A program made the position numbers and the translations under genes. Positions 37,778 to 47,506 of a DNA stretch of 64,000 bases are shown here, piece by piece. Positions within the stretch are counted from its first letter, which is position 1; each line of letters starts with the position of its first letter. The notes under the pieces were generated by a model. That model did not search any database. It was not told where the DNA came from and saw only the letters and a list, made by a program, of their open reading frames with translations. This stretch comes from Candidatus Marinacidobacterium sp. (GTDB lineage: Bacteria > Acidobacteriota > Vicinamibacteria > Marinacidobacterales > Marinacidobacteraceae): positions 1,824,001-1,888,000 of the forward strand of contig OZ244852.1 of the NCBI GenBank assembly GCA_965220965.1, written 5' to 3'.

Positions 37778-39232
37778 ATGAGTTCCCCGCCGCCGCCTGC
37801 GCGGCCACGCGGGGCGGCGGGCCCGCTCCGCCCGGTGGGCCCGCTGCCCCCGGACGCCAGCGGCCCGGAGGGCGACGCCCGCCGGGTGGCGCTCGCGGTG
37901 CGGCGCGCCGGCGGAAGGGCGCTGGTGGTGGGCGGCTACGTGCGGGACCGGATGCTGTCGGGCGCCTCGGGCGGCGAGCCGGATCTCGAGGTCTTCGGCC
38001 TGACGGCGCGAGACCTGGAACGCGCGCTCCGGCCGCTCGGGAGAATCCACCGCGTCGGGCGGGCCTTCCCGGTGCTCCGGATCGGCGGGCTGGCGGTGGA
38101 AGTCGCCCTGCCCCGTCGGGAGTCCAAGACCGGTCCCGGCCACCTCGGCTTCGCGGTCCAGGCCGACCCGTTCATGTCGTTCGCCGAAGCCGCCGGCCGG
38201 CGGGACCTGACGCTGAACTCGATCGGCCTCGATCCCCTCACCGGCGAGGTGCTCGATCCCTGCGGGGGAGTCCGGGATCTCACCGGGCGCCGGATGCGCG
38301 CCACCGACCCGGCGAGGTTCGGCGAAGACCCGCTCCGCGCGCTGCGGGTCGCGGCGTTCGCCTCGCGGTTCGGCTTCACCGCCGATGAGGCGCTCGCCCG
38401 GCTCTGCGCCGGCCTCGACCTGGCCGAACTCAGCCCCGAACGCATCTTCGACGAGCTCTCGAAGCTGCTGTCGGGTCGCTCTCCTTCGCTCGGGTTCCGG
38501 TTCCTGGCGGACACCGGTCTCCTCCGCTTTCTTCCCGAAGTGGACGCGCTGCGGCGCGCCCCCCGGGACCCGGAGAGGCCCGAAGTGGATGCGCTCGATC
38601 CCACGCTCGCGGCGCTCGACCATGCGGCGGGCGCGGCGCCGGAGGATCCCGGAGAACGACAGGTCTTCCGGTGGGCCGTGCTCTGCCGCGACCTGGGCGG
38701 GCCCTCCGCCACCGGGCGCCGCGCGGACGACGCGCCGGCGCCGGCGCGCGATACCGCCGGAGCGGCGTCGGCCCGGCGCTTTCTGGAACGGTTGCGGGCG
38801 CCGCGCGCGCTCGTCGAGGCGGTCGAGGCGCTGACCCGCTGGCGTTCAGCGGTCGCAAGCCTCGGCCGCCGGGACGGCGCAAGGGCCGCCTACCGCCAAC
38901 TGGCGCGCGACCTGGCCGCCGCCGGCGTGAACCTCGAGATGCTGCTCCGGGTCGCCGCCGCGCACCGGGCGGGTCGGGGACGGTTTCCCGAGGGGGAGGC
39001 GTTCCGCGAACGGGCGCTGGACCTCGGCGTGTTCCGCTCCGCGCCCACCGACGCGGTCACCGGCCGCCATGTCCTCGCCCGGGACATCGCTCCCGGGAAG
39101 GCGGTGGGCCGCATCCTCGCGCGGTGCCGGGAGCTGGAGGACGAAGGCGTCGAGACCGACCCGGAACGGCTCCTCGACCGGGCCCTCGCGGAGATGGATC
39201 GGGGGACTACGCAAAGGAGACCGCCGGCATGA
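37778..39232 (+). CDS. cca: tRNA nucleotidyltransferase / poly(A) polymerase family protein with degenerate HD domain
   Basis: VGGYVRD, RRDLTLN, EDPLRALR and ERIFDEL. Confidence 0.82.
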   Translation: MSSPPPPARPRGAAGPLRPVGPLPPDASGPEGDARRVALAVRRAGGRALVVGGYVRDRMLSGASGGEPDLEVFGLTARDLERALRPLGRIHRVGRAFPVLRIGGLAVEVALPRRESKTGPGHLGFAVQADPFMSFAEAAGRRDLTLNSIGLDPLTGEVLDPCGGVRDLTGRRMRATDPARFGEDPLRALRVAAFASRFGFTADEALARLCAGLDLAELSPERIFDELSKLLSGRSPSLGFRFLADTGLLRFLPEVDALRRAPRDPERPEVDALDPTLAALDHAAGAAPEDPGERQVFRWAVLCRDLGGPSATGRRADDAPAPARDTAGAASARRFLERLRAPRALVEAVEALTRWRSAVASLGRRDGARAAYRQLARDLAAAGVNLEMLLRVAAAHRAGRGRFPEGEAFRERALDLGVFRSAPTDAVTGRHVLARDIAPGKAVGRILARCRELEDEGVETDPERLLDRALAEMDRGTTQRRPPA

Positions 39233-40230
39233 AGCAACAGGACGCGATCCCTGCCCCGCCGCCCCGCCCCGATGTGGTGCGGCCCACCACCTGGATCGGG
39301 ACCGAACGGCTCCGGCGCTCGCTCGGCCTCTCCGTCACGCTGGTCGCGGAGACGTTCCAGCGCACCGGGAGCTTCAAGTTCCGGGCGGCGTATCACCGGG
39401 CCCGGGGCGCGAAGGCGGCTCACCTGGTCGCCGCCTCGTCCGGGAATTTCGGGCAGGCGCTGGCCTGCGCCTGCCGCCTGCTCGGCAAGCGGGCCACGAT
39501 CGTGATGCCCGAGACATCCGCCCGGGTCAAGATCGAAGCCGTCCGGAGCCACGGGGCGCGGGTGGAGCTGACCGACGTGCGGCGCGAGCCGAGGGAGGCC
39601 GTGGTCCAGCGGATCCTGGCGGCGGACCCCGAGGCCGAGGCCGCGAGCGCCTACGACGACCCACTGGTCATCGCCGGAAACGCGACCCTCGGCGTGGAGA
39701 TCGCCGGGCGGATCCGGGCGTGGCCCGAGGAGCGGCGGGCGCGTGCGGTCGTCGTGGTCCCGGTGGGCGGCGGCGGGATCAGCGCGGGAGTCGTCCTCGG
39801 TCTCGCCGCCGCCGGGCTTCCGGAAACGCCGGTGTTCGGAGCGGAGCCGCTTCTCGCGAACGACGCGGCGCGCTCGCTGCGCGAGGGCCAACTGGTGAGT
39901 CTCGGCCAGGAGGCGCCCACGCTCGCCGACGGGGCGCGCCTGCCGGTCATCGGGGACTGGAACTGGGCGGTGCTGAAGGACGGGCTTGCGGGCATCGTGG
40001 AGGTTCCGGAGGCCGGGATCGCCGAGGGCCTGCGCCGTCTCTTCCGGGAGGCGAACCTGAAGGCCGAGCCGACCGGAGCGCTCGGGGTCGGCGCGCTGCT
40101 GACCGAGCCCGAGCGGTTCCGCGACCGGGAAGTCCTCTGCGTCGTGACCGGAGGCAACGTGGACCCGCCGGTCTACGCGCGCATCCTGGAAGGCGCGAAC
40201 TCGGTCGCAGACGCCTACGGCGACAAATGA
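39229..40230 (+). CDS. PLP-dependent threonine/serine dehydratase family protein
   Basis: QRTGSFKFR, SSGN, PVGGGG, EPTGA and TGGNVD. Confidence 0.88.
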   Translation: MKQQDAIPAPPPRPDVVRPTTWIGTERLRRSLGLSVTLVAETFQRTGSFKFRAAYHRARGAKAAHLVAASSGNFGQALACACRLLGKRATIVMPETSARVKIEAVRSHGARVELTDVRREPREAVVQRILAADPEAEAASAYDDPLVIAGNATLGVEIAGRIRAWPEERRARAVVVVPVGGGGISAGVVLGLAAAGLPETPVFGAEPLLANDAARSLREGQLVSLGQEAPTLADGARLPVIGDWNWAVLKDGLAGIVEVPEAGIAEGLRRLFREANLKAEPTGALGVGALLTEPERFRDREVLCVVTGGNVDPPVYARILEGANSVADAYGDK

Positions 40231-40742
40231 CGCTCCGGCTGCTGCTGCTCCGGCACGCCAAGTCGGACTGGGGCGAGCCGACCCTCGCCGACCACGACCG
40301 GCCGCTCGCGCCCCGGGGTCGGCGGGACGCGCCGCGGATGGGGCGCTGGCTGGCGGAGCGCGGCCTCGCTCCCGCAGCGGCGGTGAGTTCGACCGCGGCG
40401 CGCGCCCGGGAGACGGCGCGGCTCGTCCTGCGGGCCGCAGGGGCTTCGCCAGACGGTCTGCGCCTCGACCCGGGCCTCTACGGCGCCGGGCCAAGCGAGA
40501 TCCTGCGAGTGGCGGCCGCCGCGCCCGGCGGTTCGCCGCTCCTGATCGTCGGGCACAACCCGGGGATGGAGCTGCTCGTGGGCGGGCTGGACAGGTCCGA
40601 GGTGGACAGGGCCCCCGGCCGCAAGCCCTTCCCCACCTGCGCGCTCGCGGTGGTCCGGGTGGAGGCCGTGACGTGGAGCGAACTCCCGGACGCGCCGCGG
40701 ACGCTCGAGGCGCTGATCCGCCCGAGGGAACTGGAGGGCTGA
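40227..40742 (+). CDS. sixA: SixA-like histidine phosphatase
   Basis: LLRHAKSDW..DHDRPL, SSTA.RA.ET and VGHNP. Confidence 0.85.
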   Translation: MTLRLLLLRHAKSDWGEPTLADHDRPLAPRGRRDAPRMGRWLAERGLAPAAAVSSTAARARETARLVLRAAGASPDGLRLDPGLYGAGPSEILRVAAAAPGGSPLLIVGHNPGMELLVGGLDRSEVDRAPGRKPFPTCALAVVRVEAVTWSELPDAPRTLEALIRPRELEG

Positions 40743-40780
40743 GACCAAATCACCAGGTTGGTCCGACCCTCTGTCCCAGG

Positions 40781-40809
40781 TTGACAGGCCCCGACCCGCG
40801 GCGTACGGT
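40781..40809 (+). promoter_or_regulatory. Sigma70-type promoter of rpsU-purD
   Basis: TTGACA-N17-TACGGT. Confidence 0.7.
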
Positions 40810-40836
40810 TCCGCTTCCGCCGGGCAAGGATCCGAA

Positions 40837-41031
40837 TTGGCAGAAATCATCGTTCAGGAAGGCGAGTCCATCGACGCCGCCGTCAAGCGCTTCAAGCGAC
40901 GCGTGCAGGCTGAGGACATCATCAAGGAGATCAAGCGGCACTCCTTCTATGTGAAGCCGGGCGACAAGCTGCGCGCCAAGCGCGCCGCGGCCCGCAAGCG
41001 GGCGCGCAAGCGCCGTCGCCGCACCCGCTGA
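40837..41031 (+). CDS. rpsU: 30S ribosomal protein S21
   Basis: [31 protein letters not shown]; AAGGA RBS; TTG start. Confidence 0.95.
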   Translation: MAEIIVQEGESIDAAVKRFKRRVQAEDIIKEIKRHSFYVKPGDKLRAKRAAARKRARKRRRRTR

Positions 41032-42338
41032 TCGCGAGACCCTCCGGAGGGCTCCGCGTCCTCCTGGTGGGCGGCGGCGGGCGTGAGCACGCGCTCGCCT
41101 GGCGAATCTCGAAGAGCCCCGTTCTGGGGGAGCTGATCGCCGCCCCCGGGAATCCGGGGATCGCCGCGCTGGCGCGGCTCGCGCCGGTCGCGGCCGGAGA
41201 TGTGGCCGGACTCGTCGCCCTCGCCCGCCAGGAGAGCGTCGACCTGGTGGTGGCCGGCCCCGAGGCGCCGCTGGTGGCCGGGCTCGCCGACGCTCTCGAG
41301 GAGGACGGCGTGGCGTGCTTCGGCCCGAGCGCCGCCGCCGCGCAACTGGAGGGCTCCAAGGCGTTCGCCCGGGCGTTCTGCGCCCGCTTCGGGATCCCCG
41401 CGCCGGCCTACGCCACCGCGAGCGCCCCGGAGGAGATCGAGGGCGCCCTCGCCTCCGGCCGTCTGGGACCGCGGCCGGTCGTGAAGGCGAGCGGGCTGGC
41501 CGCCGGGAAAGGGGTCTTTCTCCCGGAGGATCCGGAAGCGGCGAAGCGCGACGCGCTGGCGCTGCTGGGCGGCAGGCTGGGCGCCGCCGGACGCGAGGTC
41601 GTGCTCGAGGAGCGCCTCGAGGGCCGCGAGCTGAGCGTCTTCACGATCACCGATGGACGCCGGGCGTTTCGCTCCGGAACGGCGCAGGATTACAAGCGGC
41701 GCTTCGAGGGCGACGTCGGTCCGAACACCGGGGGCATGGGCAGCCTCAGCCCGGGACGGGAGATCGAGGCGGGGGTCCTCGATCGGATCGACCGCGAGAT
41801 CATCGAGCCGACGATCGCCGGCCTGGCGGCCGAGGGGCATCCCTACCGGGGCGTCCTCTACACCGGACTCATGCTGACAGCCGCCGGCCCGAAAGTGCTC
41901 GAGTTCAACGCGCGCTTCGGGGACCCGGAATGCCAGGCGCTCGCCCCCCGGTTCGACGAGGACCTGCTGCCGCTGTTCCACGCGGCGGCGCGGGGCGAAC
42001 TCCCCGAGCGGCGTCCGGCGCTGGTGCGGACGAGGTCCGAGCGGGCGGTGACGGTGATCCTCGCCGCGGAGGGGTACCCGGGGAGCACGACTCCCGGGAC
42101 TCCCATCCGCGGACTGCCCGACGCGGTCGAGGCCGGCGACGGCGCGTTCGTGTTCCACGCCGGGACCCGGATGGGCCCGGCGGGAGTCGAGACCGCCGGC
42201 GGGAGGGTCCTCGCGGTGACCGGAACCGGAGACGACCGGGAGGCCGCGCGCAACGCCGCCTACCGGGCGGCGGGGGCCATCGAATGGGACGGCCGGGTCC
42301 TTCGCCGGGACATCGGCGCCTTCGGGCCCGGAGACTGA
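41028..42338 (+). CDS. purD: Phosphoribosylamine--glycine ligase (probable CTG start)
   Basis: [40 protein letters not shown] and [10 protein letters not shown]. Confidence 0.93.
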   Translation: MIARPSGGLRVLLVGGGGREHALAWRISKSPVLGELIAAPGNPGIAALARLAPVAAGDVAGLVALARQESVDLVVAGPEAPLVAGLADALEEDGVACFGPSAAAAQLEGSKAFARAFCARFGIPAPAYATASAPEEIEGALASGRLGPRPVVKASGLAAGKGVFLPEDPEAAKRDALALLGGRLGAAGREVVLEERLEGRELSVFTITDGRRAFRSGTAQDYKRRFEGDVGPNTGGMGSLSPGREIEAGVLDRIDREIIEPTIAGLAAEGHPYRGVLYTGLMLTAAGPKVLEFNARFGDPECQALAPRFDEDLLPLFHAAARGELPERRPALVRTRSERAVTVILAAEGYPGSTTPGTPIRGLPDAVEAGDGAFVFHAGTRMGPAGVETAGGRVLAVTGTGDDREAARNAAYRAAGAIEWDGRVLRRDIGAFGPGD

Positions 42339-42416
42339 ATGAATGAAGCCGCGCCAGCCGGATTGCTCGCGGGGCCAGACGAGAGTGCGTTCAGAAATGA
42401 ACCCGGAGGTCGGAAC

Positions 42417-42923
42417 ATGAGCTCACAAGCCGGACCCAGAGTCCTCATCGTGATGGGAAGTCCCTCGGACACCGAGGTCATGCGCGAGGCGAAGAAGGTC
42501 CTCGAATCGCTCGGGGTCTCCTGTCGCATGGGCGTCTATTCGGCCCACCGGACGCCCGAGCGGGCGGCGGCGCTCGCCGGCGGCGCGCGCGAGCAGGGGG
42601 TCAAGGCGATCATCGCCGGGGCGGGCGCGGCGGCCCACCTCGCCGGCGCGATGGCGGCCCGGACGACGGTTCCGGTCATCGGGGTGCCGCTCGCCGCGAC
42701 GCCGCTCGCCGGTCTGGACGCGCTGCTGGCCACCGTCCAGATGCCGGGAGGTTTCCCGGTGGGGACGATGGCGATCGGGAAGCCCGGGGCGCAGAACGCC
42801 GGGTTCTACGCCGCGCAGATCGTGGCGCTCGAGGACCCGGCGGTCGCCGAACGGATCGCCGAGTGGCGGCGCGCCAAGGCGGCGGCGGCCGAGGCCGCCT
42901 CCGACGCGATGGAAGCCGAGTAG
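42417..42923 (+). CDS. purE: AIR carboxylase / N5-CAIR mutase
   Basis: MGSPSD, SAHRTP, AAHLAG and VQMPGG; GGAGG RBS. Confidence 0.95.
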   Translation: MSSQAGPRVLIVMGSPSDTEVMREAKKVLESLGVSCRMGVYSAHRTPERAAALAGGAREQGVKAIIAGAGAAAHLAGAMAARTTVPVIGVPLAATPLAGLDALLATVQMPGGFPVGTMAIGKPGAQNAGFYAAQIVALEDPAVAERIAEWRRAKAAAAEAASDAMEAE

Positions 42924-42929
42924 GGCGAC

Positions 42930-44093
42930 TCAGCCGCCGGCCCTCGGCGCGACGGAGTCCGGGGACCGGGCGGCCAATTGCCCACAGGCGGCGTTCGCTT
43001 CGCGGCCCCGGCTCCGGCGGAGGGTGGCCACGAAGCCCGCCTCGCTCACGGCGCGCAGGAACCGCTCGGCGTCCGCCTCGGACCCCGGGCGGTGCGGCGG
43101 TCCCGGGGCTGGCTCGGTCCAGGGGTTGAAGACGATCAGGTTCACGCGGGCGCGGACGCCGGCCCTCGCCAGCTCCCCGAGCCGCTTCACCAGTTCGCGC
43201 GCGTCCGACGGGCGGTCGTTCTCCCCGCCGAGCAGCACGTATTCGATGGTGATCCGGCGGCGTGGATGGGGCGGCAGCGCGGCGAGCGCGCGAAACACCT
43301 CCGGCGTCGAATGACGGCGGGCGATCGGCATGTAGCGGGCGCGCGTCGCATCGTCGCCGGCGTGGAGGCTGAGAGCGATCCCGACCTGGGGCGCCGCGAT
43401 TCCGAGCCTGATGATCTCGTCGGGAAGTCCCACCGTGGAAACGGTGATCCGCCGCCAGGGAATCGCAAGCCCCTCACGGTCCGTCAGCAGCTCGAGCGAA
43501 GCGATCACCGCATCGGTGTTCAGGAGCGGCTCGCCCATGCCCATGTAGACGACATTCGGTCGACGCGGGCGCCGGCCGCGAGCGGGGTTGACGCGCTCGG
43601 CGAGCAGGACCTGGGCGGCGATCTCGCCGGCGGTGAGATTCCGCCGGAACGGGACGGCGCCGGAGCTGCAGAAGGTGCAGGCGAGCGGGCATCCGACCTG
43701 GGTCGAGACGCACACCGTCAGGTCGGTGGGCGGCGCGCGGCGGGAACCGGCGTCCGCCGCGGTTCCCGGGGCCCGACCCGACCGCCGGCGCAGCGCGGTT
43801 CGATGGGTTCCGATGGCGACCGTTTCGACGCGGAGCCCGTCCTCCAGCTCGAGGAGGAGCCGCGCCGCCCCGTCGCCGGACGGATCGCTCGCGACCAGTC
43901 GTGGATGGCGCACCGCGAAACGGCGTCCGAGTTCCTCGCGCAGCGCCACCGACAGATCGGTCATCTCCGTCAGGGAGTCGACCCGGCGGGCGTAGAGCTG
44001 GCGGAAGATCTGGCCGCCGCGCCAGGCGGGGAGCCCGAGCCCGCGCACGAGGTCGTCGATCTCGGCGCGCGAACGCCCGAACAGGTTCTCCAT
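42930..44093 (-). CDS. rlmN: Radical-SAM rRNA/tRNA methyltransferase RlmN
   Basis: CVSTQVGCPLACTFC, MGMGEP, EYVLL and AACGQL. Confidence 0.93.
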   Translation of the reverse strand: MENLFGRSRAEIDDLVRGLGLPAWRGGQIFRQLYARRVDSLTEMTDLSVALREELGRRFAVRHPRLVASDPSGDGAARLLLELEDGLRVETVAIGTHRTALRRRSGRAPGTAADAGSRRAPPTDLTVCVSTQVGCPLACTFCSSGAVPFRRNLTAGEIAAQVLLAERVNPARGRRPRRPNVVYMGMGEPLLNTDAVIASLELLTDREGLAIPWRRITVSTVGLPDEIIRLGIAAPQVGIALSLHAGDDATRARYMPIARRHSTPEVFRALAALPPHPRRRITIEYVLLGGENDRPSDARELVKRLGELARAGVRARVNLIVFNPWTEPAPGPPHRPGSEADAERFLRAVSEAGFVATLRRSRGREANAACGQLAARSPDSVAPRAGG

Positions 44094-44144
44094 CGAACGG
44101 CAAGATACCGTGCGGTCGGCGGCAGCGTGAAGAACAGGCCGCAA

Positions 44145-44192
44145 CCACTAGGGGTAGTGGTTGCGCGAGGGCGGGACCACAACATGTTGGGG
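44145..44192. promoter_or_regulatory. Tandem NrdR-box-like operators
   Basis: ccaCtAggggTaGtgg (44145-44160) and ccaCaAcATgTtGggg (44177-44192), 32 bp apart, compared with consensus acaCwAtATaTwGtg. Confidence 0.65.
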
Positions 44193-44199
44193 TCCACCC

Positions 44200-44228
44200 T
44201 TGACCGATGGGGGAGTGGCTGCTAGCCT
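44200..44228 (+). promoter_or_regulatory. Putative promoter of the MBL-purBSQLF operon
   Basis: TTGACC-N17-TAGCCT. Confidence 0.55.
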
Positions 44229-44298
44229 CGCGCGCTTGCGGGGAGGGGTGGGGACGGCCGTCGCGGCGCGCCGCGCGAACCCCTCCTGGAGACGCCGC

Positions 44299-45216
44299 TT
44301 GCCCTCCGAAATCCGCCTTCGGGTTCTCGCCTCGGGGAGTTCGGGAAACGCCGCGCTGATCGCCTCGGGGACCACCCGGCTGCTCGTCGAGGCGGGGCTC
44401 TACCGGAAGGCGCTCGCGGCCCGGCTGGAGGAGGAGGGGATGCGTCCGACGGAGCTCGCCGCCGTCGTCGTCTCCCACGAACACGGCGATCACGCCAGGG
44501 GGGCGCTCGCCTTCACCGCGGAGCACGGCGTTCCCCTGGCCTGCTCGCGGGGGACGTGGGAACGCCTGACCGCCGGACGCTCGAACCGCCTGCCGCGCTG
44601 GATCCGGCTTCGTCCGGGGCGGACGCGCCGGATCGGCGACATCGACGTGATTCCCTTCCGGACGCCGCACGACGCGGTCGAACCGCTCGGGTTCCGGTTC
44701 GAGGCGGCAGGGGCGGCGGCGGTTCTGGTCACCGACCTGGGACACCTGGCGGAACCGGTGGTCGAGGCGATGGAGGGAGCGCAGCTCGTGCTCGTGGAAT
44801 CGAACTACGACGAGGAATCGCTCTGGAGCAGCCGCTACCCGGCGATGCTGCGGGACCGGATCGCCTCCCGGACGGGCCATCTTTCGAACGGGGCGCTGGC
44901 GCTCTTTCTCCGCCGGCGGTTGCCGGCCTCGGTGCGCACCCTCGTTCTCGCCCACCTGTCGGAAAACACGAACACGCCGGAGCTCGCCGAACGGGCCGCG
45001 CGCACGGCGCTCGAGGCGGCGGGCCGCCCCGAAGTCCGGGTGGTCGTGGCCTCGAGACGGAGACCGACCGAGGAGGTCTCGACCGCCTCCCGGGACGACG
45101 CCGCTCCACCGGCGCCGGCCCCGATCCACCGGACCGCGGCGCCCGCTTCGCCGCCGTCGCTGTTCGCGCTCCCTCCCGAACCGGCGCCCACCCGGAGCGC
45201 GGGGCGGCGGGCCTGA
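44299..45216 (+). CDS. Metallo-beta-lactamase-fold hydrolase (YycJ/WalJ-like)
   Basis: LASGSSGN, SHEHGDH, PHDA, TDLG, ESNYD, GHLSN and LAHLS. Confidence 0.85.
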   Translation: MPSEIRLRVLASGSSGNAALIASGTTRLLVEAGLYRKALAARLEEEGMRPTELAAVVVSHEHGDHARGALAFTAEHGVPLACSRGTWERLTAGRSNRLPRWIRLRPGRTRRIGDIDVIPFRTPHDAVEPLGFRFEAAGAAAVLVTDLGHLAEPVVEAMEGAQLVLVESNYDEESLWSSRYPAMLRDRIASRTGHLSNGALALFLRRRLPASVRTLVLAHLSENTNTPELAERAARTALEAAGRPEVRVVVASRRRPTEEVSTASRDDAAPPAPAPIHRTAAPASPPSLFALPPEPAPTRSAGRRA

Positions 45217-45219
45217 GCC

Positions 45220-46527
45220 GTGCTGACCGACCGCTACGTGCGCCCGGAGATGGGCGCCCTCTGGACCGACGAAGCCCAGTTCGAGTCCTGGATGCGCGTG
45301 GAGGTCGCCGCCGCCGACGCGATGGCCGCCGAGGGGATCGTCCCCGCCGGGGCGGCGAAGGCGATCCGGGAGCGGGCGGGATTCGACGTGGCGCGCATCC
45401 ACGAAATCGAGGCCACCACCCGGCACGATGTCGTCGCGTTCACCCAGTGCATGGCCGAACACGTGGGGGAGGAGGGTCGCTGGATCCACTTCGGCCTCAC
45501 GAGTTCCGATGTCGTGGACACCGCGCTGGCGACCCGGCTCGTCGCCTCGTGCGATCTGGTGCTGGCGCGGGTGGACGCGCTCCGCGACGTTCTCCGGCGG
45601 CGGGCGGAGGAGCACCGCCGCACCGTCATGGTGGGTCGCACCCACGGCGTCCACGCCGAACCGATGACCTTCGGAATGAAGCTCGCCCTGTGGTGGGCCG
45701 AGATGGGGAGGAACCGGGTCCGGCTGACGGCGGCGCGCGAAGCGGTCCGCGTCGGAAAGCTGAGCGGCGCGGTGGGCACGTTCGCCCACCTGCCCCCCTC
45801 GGTGGAGGCCGGGGTCTGCAGCGCGCTGGGTCTCCGGCCGGCGCCGATCTCCACCCAGGTGGTTCAGCGCGACCGGCACGCCGAGCTCGCCGCCGCGCTG
45901 GCGATCCTCGCCGGCGGCCTCGAGCGCATCGCGACCGAGATCCGGAACCTGCAGCGCACCGAGATCCGGGAGGTCGAGGAGCCGTTCCGCACCGGCCAGA
46001 AGGGGTCGTCCGCCATGCCCCACAAGCGGAACCCGGTGGGCTGCGAGAACGTCTGCGGCCTCGCCCGCGTGATCCGGACGAACCTGACGCCGGCGCTCGA
46101 GAACATCACCCTGTGGAACGAGCGGGACATCTCCCACTCGTCGGCCGAGCGGATGACAATCCCCCAGAGCTTTCTGCTCAGCGACCACATCCTGGCGCGG
46201 CTCACCCGGATCCTCGACGGGCTGGTCGTCTATCCCGACGCCATGCGCCGGAACCTGGACCGCATGCGCGGCATGGTCTTCAGCGGGCAGATCCTGCTCG
46301 ACCTGGCGGCCCGCGGCGTCTCGCGGGAAGAGGCCTACCGGATGGTCCAGTCCTGCGCCATGCGGGTGTGGGAGCAGGGGACCGCGCTGCGCGACGAACT
46401 GCTCGCCCACGAAGGGATCCGGGCGGTGCTGAGCCGCGAGGAGCTGGACGCGGCGTTCGATCTCGAGGTGCAGTTCCGCCACCTCGACCATGTGTTCCAA
46501 CGGGTGTTCCGCGAGGACGACGAGTGA
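45220..46527 (+). CDS. purB: Adenylosuccinate lyase
   Basis: HFGLTSSD, GRTHG and GSSAMPHKRNP. Confidence 0.96.
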   Translation: MLTDRYVRPEMGALWTDEAQFESWMRVEVAAADAMAAEGIVPAGAAKAIRERAGFDVARIHEIEATTRHDVVAFTQCMAEHVGEEGRWIHFGLTSSDVVDTALATRLVASCDLVLARVDALRDVLRRRAEEHRRTVMVGRTHGVHAEPMTFGMKLALWWAEMGRNRVRLTAAREAVRVGKLSGAVGTFAHLPPSVEAGVCSALGLRPAPISTQVVQRDRHAELAAALAILAGGLERIATEIRNLQRTEIREVEEPFRTGQKGSSAMPHKRNPVGCENVCGLARVIRTNLTPALENITLWNERDISHSSAERMTIPQSFLLSDHILARLTRILDGLVVYPDAMRRNLDRMRGMVFSGQILLDLAARGVSREEAYRMVQSCAMRVWEQGTALRDELLAHEGIRAVLSREELDAAFDLEVQFRHLDHVFQRVFREDDE

Positions 46528-46799
46528 CGACCGCCAGGTTCCGGGTCCGGGTGGAAGTCCGGCTGCGGCCATCCATCTACGACCCGCAGGGCGAGGCGAT
46601 CCGCCGGTCGCTCGCCTCCGCGGGGGTCGAGGGGGTGGAGTCGGTCCGTCAGGGCAAGCTGATTCATCTCGAAGTGCGGGCGCCCTCGCGGGAGGCGGCG
46701 GAAGCCCGGGTCCGGGAGATCGCGGGGCGCGTGCTCGCGAACCCGGTCCTCGAGGACCACACGGTGGAGATCGAGGCCGACCTCCCCGAGCGCGACTGA
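46524..46799 (+). CDS. purS: FGAM synthase subunit PurS
   Basis: DPQG, VRQGK and LANPVLE. Confidence 0.92.
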   Translation: MTTARFRVRVEVRLRPSIYDPQGEAIRRSLASAGVEGVESVRQGKLIHLEVRAPSREAAEARVREIAGRVLANPVLEDHTVEIEADLPERD

Positions 46800-46804
46800 T
46801 CCGG

Positions 46805-47506
46805 ATGGCGCGCCGCCGGTTCGCGGTCCCGGTGTTCCCGGGAACGAACTGCGAGGGGGATGTCCTCCACGCCCTCCGCACGGTGGCGGACCAGGAGGCG
46901 GAACCCGTCTGGCACCAGGAGCGGTCGCTCGCCGGCTTCGACGCCGTCGTCGTGCCCGGCGGGTTCGCCCACGGGGACTATTTGCGGGCGGGGGCGCTGG
47001 CGCGCTTCTCCCCGATCATGGAGCCGCTCGCCGCGATGGCGGAGGCGGGAGGGGTCGTCGTCGGGATCTGCAACGGGTTCCAGATCCTTCAGGAAGCCGG
47101 CCTGCTTCCGGGGGCCATGCAGCGGAACCGGTCGCTGGTCTACGTCTGCCGGGAGGTCTGGGTCCGGGCGGAGGACACCGGCTCTCCCTTCACCGCCGGC
47201 CTCCGGCCGGGCGCCACGCTCCGGCTGCCGGTCGGCCACGCGGAGGGCAACTTCCACCTGCCGGACGCCGAGCTCGAGGCGCTCGAGTCCCGGGGGCAGG
47301 TGATCTTCCGCTACTGCCAACCGGACGGCGCGCTCAGCGACGCCGCCAACCCGAACGGCTCGCGCAACCACATCGCCGGGGTCCGGAACCGGCGCGGCAA
47401 CGTGGCCGCGCTTATGCCGCATCCGGACCGCGCCTACGAACCGGCGCTCGGGGGCGTCGACGGCGTTCGGCTGTTCGAGAGCCTCCTTCGGTGGATGGAG
47501 GCATGA
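46805..47506 (+). CDS. purQ: FGAM synthase glutaminase subunit PurQ
   Basis: FPGTNC, PGGF..GDYLRAG, GICNGFQ, NPNGS and MPHP. Confidence 0.95.
   Translation: MARRRFAVPVFPGTNCEGDVLHALRTVADQEAEPVWHQERSLAGFDAVVVPGGFAHGDYLRAGALARFSPIMEPLAAMAEAGGVVVGICNGFQILQEAGLLPGAMQRNRSLVYVCREVWVRAEDTGSPFTAGLRPGATLRLPVGHAEGNFHLPDAELEALESRGQVIFRYCQPDGALSDAANPNGSRNHIAGVRNRRGNVAALMPHPDRAYEPALGGVDGVRLFESLLRWMEA

Noticed and set aside
44140-44165. Intrinsic terminator hairpin
   Set aside because: No U-tract on either strand, and it lies between divergent gene starts; better explained as an operator.
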